A DNA stretch of 60,273 nucleotides, filler included, from Diploschistes diacapsis (lineage: Eukaryota): assembly GCA_023645945.1 (NCBI GenBank). It is 8 parts of 8 records of this genome, joined end to end, with 100 filler letters (N's around TTAATTAATTAA, not from the genome) between each part and the next. Parts side by side here need not be neighbours in the genome. Positions count along the whole stretch, not along the records: positions 31,972 to 36,620 come from JALAIB010001673.1; positions 36,721 to 41,368 come from JALAIB010001674.1; positions 41,469 to 46,112 come from JALAIB010001675.1; positions 46,213 to 50,851 come from JALAIB010001676.1; 4 more parts are not named here. One strand, 5' to 3'. A model generated the notes under the pieces. That model saw nothing but the letters and a program-made list of their open reading frames with translations. It had not been told where the DNA came from and searched no databases. A program made the translations under genes and the position numbers. Positions 35,428 through 47,518 of the stretch are shown here, piece after piece (positions within the stretch are counted from its first letter, which is position 1; every line of letters starts with the position of its first letter).

Positions 35428-36620
35428 ATGACTTCGAACATCCGTGAAACGCTCGATGAGAACGACTGCCACGATGAGGTTAAGGATACAGCCATCTCTC
35501 CACCGCGGGATGTGCCACGCTTCGAATGGGATATACGGAACCTCGAGTACGTTTTGGAGGTCGACGACAACCTCGTCTGCGCCATTTGCCGCTGTCCGTT
35601 CGTCTCTCCGATACGGCTGAGATGTGAGCATGTCTTCTGCGAAGACTGCCTGTCCGAGACTTTCAACCACCAGCAGGAAGCCACCAAGACTTGCCCCTCG
35701 TGCCGGCGGCCAGCGGACGAATTCGTCAGACCAGCTCACAGGATCATACAGCACATCCTGGACGACCTTCAAGTCAAATGCCCCCTTCACCTCCTCGGCT
35801 GCCCGGAGATCGTCTCGCGGGGCGCCGTGCAAACACACATCGACCACTACTGCGGCTACGAGACCACCGCCTGCCCCTTGGAAAGCTGCACGGGGAACGT
35901 ACCCCGCCGCCTCGCCGACGGATCCTGCCTCCACCAGTGGACCTCCTGCCCAGACTGCGGCGACAGCATAATGCAGCTCGCCATGGCGCGGCACCAGCAG
36001 AAGTTCTGCCCCGCCATCGTCGTCGACTGCCCCTACTGCAGCGACCGCATGCAGAAGGCGGAGCTGACCCCCCACATTTCCAACAAATGTCCCGCCGCGA
36101 TCATCGCCTGCCCCGCCTCTCCCTACGGCTGCGCCCACACGGGCCCCTGCTCGGCCATGGAGTCCCACACATCGACCTGCCCGCTCATGAAGCTGGCCCC
36201 CTTCCTCGCGCAGCAGGACGCGCGCATGCAGGAGCACGCCCTGGCCCTCAAGCAGCTCCAGCGCAAAGCCCAGCTGCACGACGACTTCCTCGACACGGTC
36301 CGCGACACGCTCTCCGAGCTGCCGCCACCGCCGCCGCCACCACCCCACGGCGACCCGGCCGATGCCGCCGCGCCCGTCGGCCCCTTCACCTCGCCTGCCT
36401 CGCACCTCCTGCACCTGCACGAGTCGCTGCGCGAGGAGCTGGGGCGCGTGGCGCGCGCCGTCTCGGACCTGGACGCCAAGACCGACCTCGGCTTCCTAAA
36501 CGGCTCGCTGCGGCAGAAGGAGGAGATGGCGCACCGCGACGCCGCGCTGGCGCAGGTGCGCGCGCAGGTGCAGTGGCTCGTTTCCGGGCGCTTGGTCCGA
36601 GGGGAGGCGTGGAGGGGGAG
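35428..36620 (+). CDS. RING-finger plus TRAF-type zinc-finger protein, 3' truncated at contig end
   Basis: C3HC4 RING CAIC...CEHVFC..C...CPSCR, LDDLQVKCP, repeated CxxC...H...C TRAF fingers, coiled coil. Confidence 0.88.
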
Positions 36621-36720
36621 NNNNNNNNNNNNNNNNNNNNNNNNNNNNNNNNNNNNNNNNNNNNTTAATTAATTAANNNNNNNNNNNNNNNNNNNNNNNN
36701 NNNNNNNNNNNNNNNNNNNN

Positions 36721-36973
36721 GTATAAACGAAGTTTTTAAGATAATAATTCGGGTTAAATCGAGTCGAATAATTTCGAAACGATTTATAACGCGTAAAAAA
36801 CGTCGTCGCGTTTTTAAAATCGAGGAAGATAAAAAGGAAGAAAATAGATTCGATTTAGATCGATTAGATTCTGATTACGATGAATAAATTATATTTAAAA
36901 ACCGTAGAATGTTGGCGGTAGTGATTTGAGGTGGCCGGAATCTGGGGGTGGCCGGAATCCCCGTGAAACACGT
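36721..36973. mobile_element. RIP-degraded Fot1/pogo-like element, right end
   Basis: GTGGCCGGAATC direct repeat then CCGTGAAACACGT-TA; related to the termini at 59551 and 60049. Confidence 0.7.
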
Positions 36974-37384
36974 TATAAGATCCTTATACCTTGATCGATA
37001 CCTCGAGTCTATTGTATAGAGATAGAGATCATAACACTACTTTCTTGATACACTAGTATAAGAATTAAAAAGATCTCGGTCAGAATAACTACTCTAGAAA
37101 TTTTTGGTTTATACACGATATCGAAGCCATTCGATGAGACCTGCTCGAAAAATGATTCAAAATAAAAGAATGCCAAGACGCCAAGATACTTTTATTAATC
37201 TTTGCCACGTATTATGAGGTTCAGTCGCTAAAATTAGCATCCCCTCAATTGCACCCCAAACTCCTCAAACGTCCTCCACGACCCTGTCTATCGCTGCTAC
37301 TATCATATATGTAATCGTAATAAAATATTGGCACGTGCGGCTGGTATGATCTTATGCTCCTTGAAGCTCGTGCTATAATCCATG

Positions 37385-38521
37385 ATGCAGTCCGGCATCT
37401 CTGGTAAGGTCGTGGCCTGAAGGAATGCGGACCCGCTGACTTTGGGCCCCGAGCTTCACGTGAGCTTCAGGATGCCTTCAATACATTGGTATCGTCTCCT
37501 GCGGCTCAGCGAGGGTTGTTGGTGGAAATCGAGAAAGAGAGCCTCGTGCCCCGCCACACCATCGGCCTGTCCTCAACCGACTTTTTCGAAGACCTGAAAA
37601 CGTTGGACGGGCTTCTTAAGGAGGATCAAGCAGCATATATTCTTCTACGCCGATATCAGAATGCGCAGGACGGCTTTGTTGCCGTCACCTACGTGCCCGA
37701 CAGAGCCAATGTTCGCCAGAAAATGCTCTTTGCTTCAACACGATTGACGCTTGTGCGTGAGCTGGGAGCAGAAAGGTTCAGAGAAACTTTGTTCGCGACA
37801 ACCAAGGACGAGCTGACAGCGGAAGGCTGGCGAAGGCATGACAGGCATGGCGAGCTCAAGGCGCCTTTGACGGAGGAAGAGCAGACTCTTCAGGGTGTGA
37901 AGGACGCTGAAGCAGAAGCCAGCATGGGTACAACAGCCCGGAGCAGCCATGTCAGCGGCTCGCTCAGCCTTCCAATGTCGGAAGCCGCGCGTCAGGCCTT
38001 GGAAGCTCTATCGACGGGGGGTGGCGACTTGGTGCAATTGGTCTGTGGTGACCACCAGGCAGCATGGTGATGAAAGCTGACTTGAAGTGAGAAAATCGAC
38101 ACTACGAACGAGAGCATCGAGTTGGCTAGCACGACAACTACAGATGTGGGACATCTTGCGCAAGCCATATCAGACAGCGAACCCAGGTATTCCTTCTTCA
38201 GATACTCGCACGAAAGTGGTGGACAATCTGGCTCGCCTGTGCTCTTCATATACACCTGTCCATCTGGCTCAAAAATCAAAGAACGAATGATGTACGCTTC
38301 ATCAAGGGCTGGTGTGATTGCAGCCGCAAACAGCGAAGCTGGTGTGGAGGTCAGCAAGAAGGTAAGCACTCGCTGCTGATGTTTTGTATAGCGCTCAAGG
38401 TCGGCAGCTTGAAGCCACCATGCCGTCGGAAATCACCCCGAGCGTCGTGCATGAAGAATTCCATCCCAAAGTCGAACAAAAACAAGGGTTTTCGCGGCCC
38501 AAGAGGCCAGGGAAGCGGTGA
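37385..38521 (+). CDS. TWF1: Twinfilin (4 exons)
   Basis: MQSGISASRELQDAF; YVPDRANVRQKMLFASTR; second ADF-H domain FIYTCPSGSKIKERMMYASS; tail FSRPKRPGKR. Confidence 0.95.
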
Positions 38522-39443
38522 CCAAGGGCCAGTTGAACTTGCTAACCCTCCCGTACACGGGGACACGGCTACCTGTATTCTAGTATCAATGAGCGAGAGC
38601 GCGTGCACCAGCTTCCAGGTGGCGGCGCATTCACCGGTGGTCCGCACTGTAGCGTATACATTTATAGAGGGGATGCGCGTTATTTGCACTCACTGGGATG
38701 TATATGGAGTGTCAAAACACGGAAATGCGCCTGTGCGATGGGCGAAATTCACGTGCTCCAGTAGCAATAAAGTACTAGTTACTTACCAGCCAGAGTATAC
38801 CTGCTATATACTCCGGATCCCACTTGACGAAAATTTGAGATCTGAGAGATGCGTTTACAGCAATAGATACAGGTATCTTGATGCGTGCAACCAGCCAGGA
38901 CAACTCTAGAGAGCAACTTGGAAAGGTAGTATCAATGACGTGGGGCACATGCCGACACACCTCGGTCGAAAGGGTATATGTTTACTTCCTACCAACCACT
39001 CTGCCCTGCTGGACTTGGGACTCTTCCCTCATTCGCAACCTAGCCCTCAGATTCAGAACTCTTACACATCCAATCCTCCCCTCGGGCTTGTTCGAAGGTG
39101 TCACAAAGTTCCATTTTCCCCTGGTCCTGAGAGGGGTTCCGAAGCTGAAGCGACATGAGTGACCACTTAAAGATGGGCATAGCTGCTTGGCCCAGGTGAA
39201 GCTCTGACGTCTCTTTTTTCTCCTGTTCTCCGTGGTTTTTTCGCATTGGACAGCCAGAAGCTCTCTATTTAGCATGTGATTGCTTTCCCAGCTTCAGCGT
39301 ATACAGTTGGAACTGCATCTTTCATCGACCACGCATCTCCTATAGTCTGTGTTTGCTACACTGCTGTTTGTACGTGACTAGATTCTTTGGCCACCGGGCT
39401 TCCCGGATTGCGAAAGTCCTGAGTCTTTGCCGCCTCCGCCGAC

Positions 39444-40624
39444 ATGTCCGTAAAAAGTGCGAACAGCCCGGGCGGCAAGAAGCCAGCAACAGCGGCGACG
39501 AATCTCATTGGTGCGTGACAGATAGCGCGACTCATGCCGTGGGCCCAAGGTGCTCACAGATCCTACTAGCTGGGGGAGCAGCTGGCGCGATGGAAGCTTT
39601 GGTCTGCCACCCGCTTGGTAGGGACTTTGGCCCATATCGTGTGGTCTAGCTTAAAAAGGCCAGACACTATCAAAGTCCGAATGCAGCTTTCACGGAGAGC
39701 TCGAGTACCTGGGGTAGGACTGACATACTCCTTGACGATGCACGAGACTGACGCGGGTGGAAGGCCAAAAGACGTGGGTTCTTGGTGACAGGAAAGGAGA
39801 TCGTGAGGAAAGAGTCGCCACTGGCACTTTACAAAGGGCTCGGCGCCGTATTGACCGGCATAATACCAAAAATGGCAATCCGCTTTACCTCGTACGAATG
39901 GTACAAGCAGGCACTTGCCGATAAAGCGACAGGGAGAGTCTCGAGCTCGGCCACGTTCTTTGGTAAACTGCCGCTGGTTGTAGCCATTTGCAGTTACTGA
40001 CCGATGGCAGCTGGCTTGGCTGCTGGCGTTACAGAGGCCGTCGCGGTGGTTACTCCAATGGAAGTGGTAAAGATTCGGTTACAGGGCCAATATCACTCAA
40101 TGTCCGATCCGATGGATGTTCCCAAGTACAGAAACGCGGCGCATGCACTTTTCACTGTCGTAAGGGAAGAGGGGTTCGGGGCCATCTACAGAGGCGTAAC
40201 ATTGACCGCGCTGAGGCAAGGGACGAACCAAGCGGCCAACTTCACTGCATACACAGAGCTCAAACAACTGCTGCAGAAGCGGCAGCCCGAGTACGCGAAC
40301 AAGGAGCTTCCGAGCTATCAGACATCGGTGATTGGGCTTATAAGCGGCGCTATGGGCCCACTCACGAATGCGCCCATCGATACAATCAAGACTCGGCTCC
40401 AGAAGACGCCCGCCGAGCCGGGAGAGAGTGCAATATCCAGAGTCGTCAACATTGCGCGAGTCATGTTCAAGCAGGAAGGCTTCCCTGCACTTTACAAGGG
40501 CATAACGCCTCGGATCATGCGAGTTGCGCCCGGCCAGGCCGTGACTTTTACTGTGTACGAATATCTGAAGACAAAACTCGAGGAAAGCAGGCTGAGCTTC
40601 ACCGGCGGGCAATACGAAGAATGA
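39444..40624 (+). CDS. SFC1: Mitochondrial succinate/fumarate carrier (5 exons)
   Basis: MEALVCHPLDTIKVRMQ, LYKGLGAV..GIIPKMAIRF, TPMEVVKIRLQ, ALRQGTNQAANF, PIDTIKTRLQ, RIMRVAPGQAVTF. Confidence 0.93.
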
Positions 40625-40871
40625 TCGTGTTCTTGGTAGAATGCTTGTTCCAGCGTGAGCAAAAGAAAGAAGCAGGGGCCCGAACAGCCAGAACAGCGCT
40701 TTTACATAGATCTTTGAACAGGGAGATGAAACTTATTGTATATAGAAGGTTGCTGGCTACCGCCGTCATGGTGCAACGGCTAGCTGATCGATGAACATGT
40801 TAGAGCAAAGCCATTGAATACATCACATCCACCCCCCCCCCCGGACATGTTAGAGTATGCCACCAGTACAA

Positions 40872-41368
40872 CTACACCCCTTCTCCCGACGACACGGACC
40901 GCTTCTCCCACATCTCAAACTCCCACTCCACGCCGTTCTCGCGCTGGACACCAGCCGGCACCTCCTCCCCCGCGAAAGCATCCAATGCCCGTTTCGACGC
41001 TCTCACCCACCGCACGGAGTCCTGCACCCCCTCATCCCCCTTCTGGATCCCATCGTCCTCGGCAAGCCTCAGCGGAAAGAACGTATCGCACTCGAACTCC
41101 CCTCGCACCCGCGTCAGCAGCACCCGCCGCGTCTCCTCCATGCGCAGCGCCTGCGCATACACCTCGGCGCCGCCGATCACGAACACCCTGCCCAGCCGCA
41201 GCTGCATCGTGTCTTCTCCCTCTCCCGCCTCCCCTTCCCCACGGCCCTCGGCATCCGCACCCCCATCCCCATCCCTCTCGACGTCCCCGTCCGCCTATCC
41301 TGCCGCGCTCCTCGCAAAGCCTGTCCGCCGCGCAAGCGACTCGAGAGCCTCGAGCGCGGCGCGGATGC
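40872..41368 (-). CDS. DFR1: Dihydrofolate reductase, C-terminal part (5' end lost at contig end)
   Basis: RVFVIGGAEVY, LLTRV..EFECDTFFP, ENGVEWEFEMWE. Confidence 0.9.
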
Positions 41369-41739
41369 NNNNNNNNNNNNNNNNNNNNNNNNNNNNNNNN
41401 NNNNNNNNNNNNTTAATTAATTAANNNNNNNNNNNNNNNNNNNNNNNNNNNNNNNNNNNNNNNNNNNNCTTTATTATTATAGCTACGCACTTACATATAA
41501 TATAATAATGAAACAGTGCTTCGGGGTTCTTGAAAGCATTATGTTCAGCCTTTTGACTCAGTGGGATAGTTGCTACCTATTTGGCACTAACCCCCGCTGT
41601 TATAGGATATTTTCTACTTTCTTTGCTCGAGATTAGTTTATGAATACCATCACCGTAACTATCACACAACTGCATATCCTATCTTATATTTACTTTTTAC
41701 GCCATTATTTTTTAAAATGATTTACAATTTAAGTTTAAA

Positions 41740-41888
41740 ATACGGAGATGGACATGGACACAGACATTTTATTACGATATAGATACGGATACGGACATCG
41801 TAATTCAAAAAATTAAAAAACAGACATTGATATTTTTACGGATACCGCGGTGTTCGTAGTAATGTCCGTGTCTTTAATGGCCAGCCTA
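41740..41888. mobile_element. Right end of a hAT-like TIR element with ACGGAY subterminal repeats
   Basis: Hexamer repeats ending in GGCCAGCCTA, the inverse of TAGGCTGGCC at 45913. Confidence 0.55.
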
Positions 41889-42332
41889 ATAATATTATTT
41901 CATTATTGATTACAGCAAGCCGGTTAGGTAGGCTAAGAATTTATTTCTTAGTTAGTATGAGTTCAGTAATATTCCTTAACTTTTGTTGCATACTCTTTCA
42001 ACAAGATATGTTTTAATATAAACACACTTTTCCCGTCCATAATGCCTGCAAGTTTCCTTTTAAAATCTATTTGATAAGGGGTTATGGTTTGCTTGTGATA
42101 TCTTTCTCCCCTTTAAAATGGTACAAAACTTCCTTTGTTGTCTACGTCTGGTAAAAATTTTGTTTTTTACGTGTGTGTACCACTGGTGACCAATTTCCGC
42201 AGATTGTATGTTTATGCAATAATGTCTCGTTAAACCATCAGAAGTCAAAGTGACGCACTTCAGTTTCTAGTTAGAAACACGGAACCTACAGAGCACGACA
42301 TATATCTGGGAATAAGGGCTGTAGTCGTTTAA

Positions 42333-43070
42333 ATGGATGCCTCAGCATACTTGCGTCGCCAAGGGTGGCTTGGAAACGGCCATGCACTGCATCCTAGCGG
42401 CAAAGGGATCAAGAAACCTTTAGCTGTCTCAAAAAAATCCGACGTATTTGGCGTGGGGAAGAAGAAAGTCGATGTCCATGCTGACCAATGGTGGGCTCGA
42501 GCGTTTGACCATGGGCTAAAGACTCTTGATATCGGAAAATCACAGGATGTGAAAACTGTGTTTCCACCAGACACACAGCATTTGGGCGACATTGAGCTAT
42601 TAAGGAAGGGGGGAGCGAAGTGGACGGGCTTATTTGATGGATTTGTCAAAGGCGAAAGCCTTCAAGCCACATTTAGCTCACAGACGGCGGAACATGGCGT
42701 TGTTGTTTCAGCAATCCAACAAACAGCCGGTTCAGAGCGAAACGGCGGCACTACGAAGACATTATATTTTAATGGGTACTTACCCCCTGTCTCTCACCCT
42801 CTCGAAACCAAGGAATCGACCGCAAGGCACAAATATCAAATCGAAAAAAAGAAGAAAAGAGAAAGAACATCTACCAATGTAAAGACGGCCCCGACACCAC
42901 GTAAAGCAATGCTTGAAGGCGTTGAAGCAAAAAGGCAGGTGGGTACGGGAATTACTGTACAATTGCCGGAAGATATGTCCAACAAGTTTCAGGAGGCAAC
43001 TATAATAAAGAAACGAAAAAGGCCTGGCAGCAACACCTTGAGGGGAGCTTGGGCTCGAAGCACTGCCTAG
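42333..43070 (+). CDS. TMA23-like / G-patch-like nucleolar protein
   Basis: MDASAYLRRQGWLG.G..L....GIKKPLAVSKK...GVG...DQWWARAFD..L, FVKGE, Lys-rich tail. Confidence 0.72.
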   Translation: MDASAYLRRQGWLGNGHALHPSGKGIKKPLAVSKKSDVFGVGKKKVDVHADQWWARAFDHGLKTLDIGKSQDVKTVFPPDTQHLGDIELLRKGGAKWTGLFDGFVKGESLQATFSSQTAEHGVVVSAIQQTAGSERNGGTTKTLYFNGYLPPVSHPLETKESTARHKYQIEKKKKRERTSTNVKTAPTPRKAMLEGVEAKRQVGTGITVQLPEDMSNKFQEATIIKKRKRPGSNTLRGAWARSTA

Positions 43071-43288
43071 GATCACATGTCATAAACCCTAAGATGCAGG
43101 CAGGGAGAAGATGAGATGGCAGAAAAGCATGGCAATAGTCTTGGAGGGCAAGGTTACCCAATTAACTCTAGGATACCAGCCCATATAGGTTGTTAGCTTG
43201 CTTTTGCAATGAAAGGCTCGTTCAATTGATTTTTATGATCTCTAGAAATTTCTCTACCAGAATTCAGTGTCCCCGGGGTCTATTTCTG

Positions 43289-44428
43289 CTATGAGAGTAG
43301 CCAAGGTTTGCTCTCCCAGAAACCGTTCTTGATAATGTCAATATGATCAATCACAATCCGTGGCTTGATCTTCCTTTTCCTATCTTTTTCGCATTGCATT
43401 TTACTCGGCTTTTGTAGATCCGCTTTAGCAGGCTGACCAACTTGAAACGTCTGCACATCCTCATCCTGAGTAATGCCTTGAGAGTCAGAGACGTAATTGT
43501 GAGGCCATAAGAGTCGAGATAGTACTCACGCTACGGTATATGACTGTTCCCTTCCTGAAGGATTCTGGCTCATTGTTGTAGTTGATACTAAACCTAGAGA
43601 ACAGGATTTCGTGCTTGTCAGAAGAATTTGTGCCCTGAAATATTCAGCGACTTCTTCCATTTGACCGCGGCCTCGTTACCTTCAACGCTTCCTCTGCTTG
43701 GGTTTCATTGAGACAGCCTCTTTGTACGAGCGCCCAAAATGCAGTATTAAACAGATTGTTTACATGGCCTACTCAAGTCATGAGCTTGTAGGTTCAATGT
43801 TTGTTCGTCACTAACAATCGACCTGGCGCCAGCTCATGTAGTCCCTGAGTGCTTCTTTGGTTGGGTATTCTATTGCTCTCCCATCAAATGATGGCAGAGG
43901 TTGGGTAAGAGTGACGTTGGGGAAATAGTCTGACCATGCATGTACATAATGAGCTGTGAAAGTGGAGACAACGGTCGTGATCAGCTTGCTAATCAAATGA
44001 ATGTCAAATTGAGTGCAATATTATATATGTATTCTTGTCTCAAACTCACCTTTCCCTCCGCTCGAAAAGTTCAGTGGGTTTTTCGAAAATGAAGCTAGCA
44101 AATTGATCAGTCAGACCAATAAGATGGATGAATGTCGCCCAAACCTGTACTCATCGCTTATACCATATGACATGCAAATGTCCGGCAGTTCTTTCATGAC
44201 GGCTATCGCACTGGCGTTCATGAGCTCGAGGGCTCGTACATCGTTAGGTTTTCTGAACCCGTATTTCTGGGACAGCCTGGAATTATTCAACAGATGTAAA
44301 GTAAAGAACTCCATAGAGAGTTACTTGTGGAAACCACGGCCGTCTATGCGTACTACTATATATGTCAACGGCAGCAGTTTGGTGTGCTTTTCGAACATTT
44401 TAACATATTCGTACTTGGAATTCGCCAT
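43289..44428 (-). CDS. THG1: tRNA-His guanylyltransferase (multi-exon)
   Basis: MANSKYEYVK, VVRIDGRGFH, KPNDVRALELMN, YGISDEY, PSFDGR, DYMSWRQVDC, DKHEILFSRFSINYNNEP, HIDIIK. Confidence 0.95.
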
Positions 44429-44859
44429 ATCGGGTCTATGAAGGCAGCAGCAATGTGAATCTAAGATCTGCCACGCTGATTTACCTTATAAAGGAGGCGC
44501 TAGGGATATACAGACTGAGCACGTCAATGCTAGTAATGTTCATCCTTCAAGTTTTGCCCGTTTAGTAGGGAGGTATGACTAAAGTAATAGAGAGGTTTAG
44601 CAACCCCGTCAATGCGCTCGCTGCGTAAGTCCAGATGTAGCTAGCGCTTTTTTAGAGCCTTGGCAATAAACTAATCTAAGTTAAGTAATGTATTAAAACA
44701 TAATGCTTCTAGTAATTTCATCTCTTTTAAACATAATCAAAAAGGTCTGAAATATGGCCATTTCACGTTTTTTAAATAGAGGCTATAAGGCCAAGCTAAT
44801 AGAGCGTGTTCGGAATGCCAGGGACGCCAAGAGACTCGCAAGCCGCGCTCAGGGTCTTG

Positions 44860-44965
44860 GCTGGTACTTGAAAGGGGATTTTGCCTTTCTTATTGTTTCT
44901 TTCTTTTCAGTAATTAGTTTTAACATGAATCTACCTATTAGAACTATCTTGCCATATTATCGTGA
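44860..44965 (+). repeat. LTR-like dispersed repeat, copy A (more heavily RIP-mutated)
   Basis: Aligns to 56132-56240 with mostly C-to-T and G-to-A differences. Confidence 0.65.
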
Positions 44966-45282
44966 TTTTATTTTTTAAAGTTTTAATTATTTAATTTCTT
45001 AAGAACGACGATCCGGTAAGATGGCACGTTCTTTTGAACGTATACGTAAAGTAAATCAACGTATTTAAATCGAAATGAAAGAAAATGGATCTAAAGATAG
45101 AAATAAACGATCCGGAATCTTTTTTTTAAATGATTTAGATTATATTTTTTAATAAGAACGAGATTCGTAATCTAAAAGCAACGTATTAATACGTTAATTA
45201 GAGTAACCGATCACCATAATATCATGTGTCTGGCGATAAATGATGTCGGTTTTTAAGTTTCTAAGCGAAGCAGTAAGTATTA

Positions 45283-45912
45283 ACATATACGCATAGCGAG
45301 CGGACACTCATAGCGAACGAATACCCCCCATCCGATTTTACGAACTTTCAACTTTTATATTAACATCTTTCCCCAGGAAACGGAACACCCCACGAAGCGG
45401 AACACTACATTATAATATAATTAAGCGAGTTTTTAACCCCACAACCACTCTCAAAATTATTTTATTTATACGAAAATAAATCTTTATAACTACATTACCC
45501 CACTTTCATCCCTGCGCGGCCGTTCTTCGGCCTTTTTTAATTCGTTTAAATATTTCTTTATAGTTTAAGTCTATCTTATTACTATATACGAAATTAATGT
45601 ATTTATAAGGCGATAATATCTTAAGTTCCTTCCAGCAGCAGCGTCGGCGGTATAATAAAAAAAAGAGGAAAAAAAGGGGGGCCGTATGATTAATTCGTCG
45701 TTGAAAAATAACAATTAACGAACTTCGTTTATAACGTAAAGTAGCGTGCGGTTCTTATTTTACTCGATATTAATATTACTTTCGTACGGAGGCCTATTAT
45801 ATTTAAATAAATTAGATCGCATGGGGCTTCGTACATAAACGCGATCTTTATTCAATTCCGCGGTCGTACGCGTGGCATACGATATATCGAATATTGTCCA
45901 CGTGGTTTTACG
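45283..45912 (+). mobile_element. Nested Fot1/pogo-like relics
   Basis: TIR at 45283 (homologous to 32050-32146) is followed at ~45363 by a second terminus homologous to the MITE at 46213, then AT-rich RIP-like sequence. Confidence 0.6.
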
Positions 45913-46112
45913 TAGGCTGGCCGTCAGTGTCAATGTTTTAAATTTTTTTGCTACGGTGTCCGTGTCCGTAGATTCACGTAAATACAGTATCCGTATCAAT
46001 ATCCGTGTTTTAAATTTTTTAGTTACGATGTCCGTATCCGTGGATTCACGGGAATATAATGTCCGTATTAATGTCCATATTTTAAAAATTTTAATTATAA
46101 TATCTATATCCG
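45913..46112. mobile_element. Left end of a hAT-like TIR element with GTCCGT/ATCCGT repeats
   Basis: TAGGCTGGCC terminus and a duplicated ~75-80 bp subterminal block. Truncated by contig end. Confidence 0.55.
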
Positions 46113-46212
46113 NNNNNNNNNNNNNNNNNNNNNNNNNNNNNNNNNNNNNNNNNNNNTTAATTAATTAANNNNNNNNNNNNNNNNNNNNNNNNNNNNNNNN
46201 NNNNNNNNNNNN

Positions 46213-46417
46213 GTTCCACCACATAACGGATCACCCCACAAAGCGGTTCACTACATTATAATGTAATTGCGCTAGATAGTTTTAAGCGAGCTTTTGAGCC
46301 CCACAACCACACATAAAATTATTTGTACGAAACTAAATCTGTTTTCAACTACAATATACGAAGGTGCAGGGATTGTGAACCACTTTGTGGGGTGATCCGT
46401 TGTGTGGTGAAACACGT
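46213..46417. mobile_element. Fot1/pogo-type MITE (~205 bp)
   Basis: TIRs gttccaccacataacggatcaccccacaaagcggttcac and gtgaaccactttgtggggtgatccgttgtgtggtgaaacacgt-TA. Confidence 0.8.
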
Positions 46418-47518
46418 TATTAAGTTTTTGATTACTCACCAAGCAAACGCTAAGTTACCAAGTCTGCTTGTGGATCTGTGCTGCTGGAGCTCTCCCGAAC
46501 CCATCGTGTGTGGGTAGCACATGCCTCCTCGTGATTCGCTGTAGCCCTATGCTTTTTGACTTCACATAGCATACTTATACTATAGGAACACAACGACATC
46601 GTTAGACACTCTTCTTGATCAGGCGGCTCTTTCCGACTTCAGGCAGAGCTCTCTCAAAGAACGACTCCATTTCTCCAAATGGCGTCGGTGCAGATCCCTG
46701 GATCATAGAGATTGGAGAAGTAAGCTGCCAAGCAGAAGTTGGAAGCCCTAACAGCGTGCGACTACTGGGCAGTGTGGCCAAGACTAGCAGATTGCCTCGC
46801 TAGCCTAGCGCTGGGAAACCGAAGTTCTCACTTCCATAGGCCTCTGTCCAAGAACCCCCAAACAATGGCACTCGGTTAACGAAAGTACAACGTACAATCC
46901 TGAAACTGGGGACGGGTGGATGGGCCAAGATTGGATGGCTGTGGCTTCAACGTTGATCCTTTTGCGCAGCATCTTTTTTCGCTGCTCCACCGAACCACCG
47001 CCGAGCATGCTTTGGACGTGGTAGCGAGACCTGCAATGTGGCCATGCTTAACTCGTCTAGTAAGTTTTGCATGCTGCTTCTGTCTCCGGCTTATGCAACC
47101 GCCCGTCCATTGTCGCCTAGTTATCATCCTCCACAACCTTTCTGTAATCTCGCAGGCGCAGGCGCAGAGCTGACATTCTGGCTGCGTCCTATCAGCGTTC
47201 CTCGAGACTGGGAAGACCTGGGTCAAATCTTGCGGTTCCTAGCCCGCTAGCGATTGTTCAGAGATTCTAATGATTCTCACGAAAAGGGACAAGAGGGTAC
47301 TAGGCAGAAGTCTCTTCTTGTGTTTGATATAAGGTTGCTCTAAGTATCTATTTAGTCTCGTCCCTTCTCGTTATCCAATATTATACAAAGTTTATATGCA
47401 TTTCCTTGTGTTTCTTATTTCCTTAGTACTTCCCGTTCTCCTCTGCTTTTCTTTAGTACGCAATTAATATCATACCATATATTTTGATTCTGCAACTTTT
47501 CCCCTTCGATTATTCCCT

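Noticed and set aside
35404..36668. Long antisense and alternate-frame ORFs over the RING-TRAF gene (likewise over the ValRS 3' end, RecQ and DHFR)
   Set aside because: Expected shadow ORFs of GC3-rich coding DNA, with no recognisable domains.
27220..44428. Apparent tRNA-metabolism cluster (ValRS, tRNA-Tyr, THG1)
   Set aside because: The genes lie on separate, size-sorted contigs, so proximity is an artefact.
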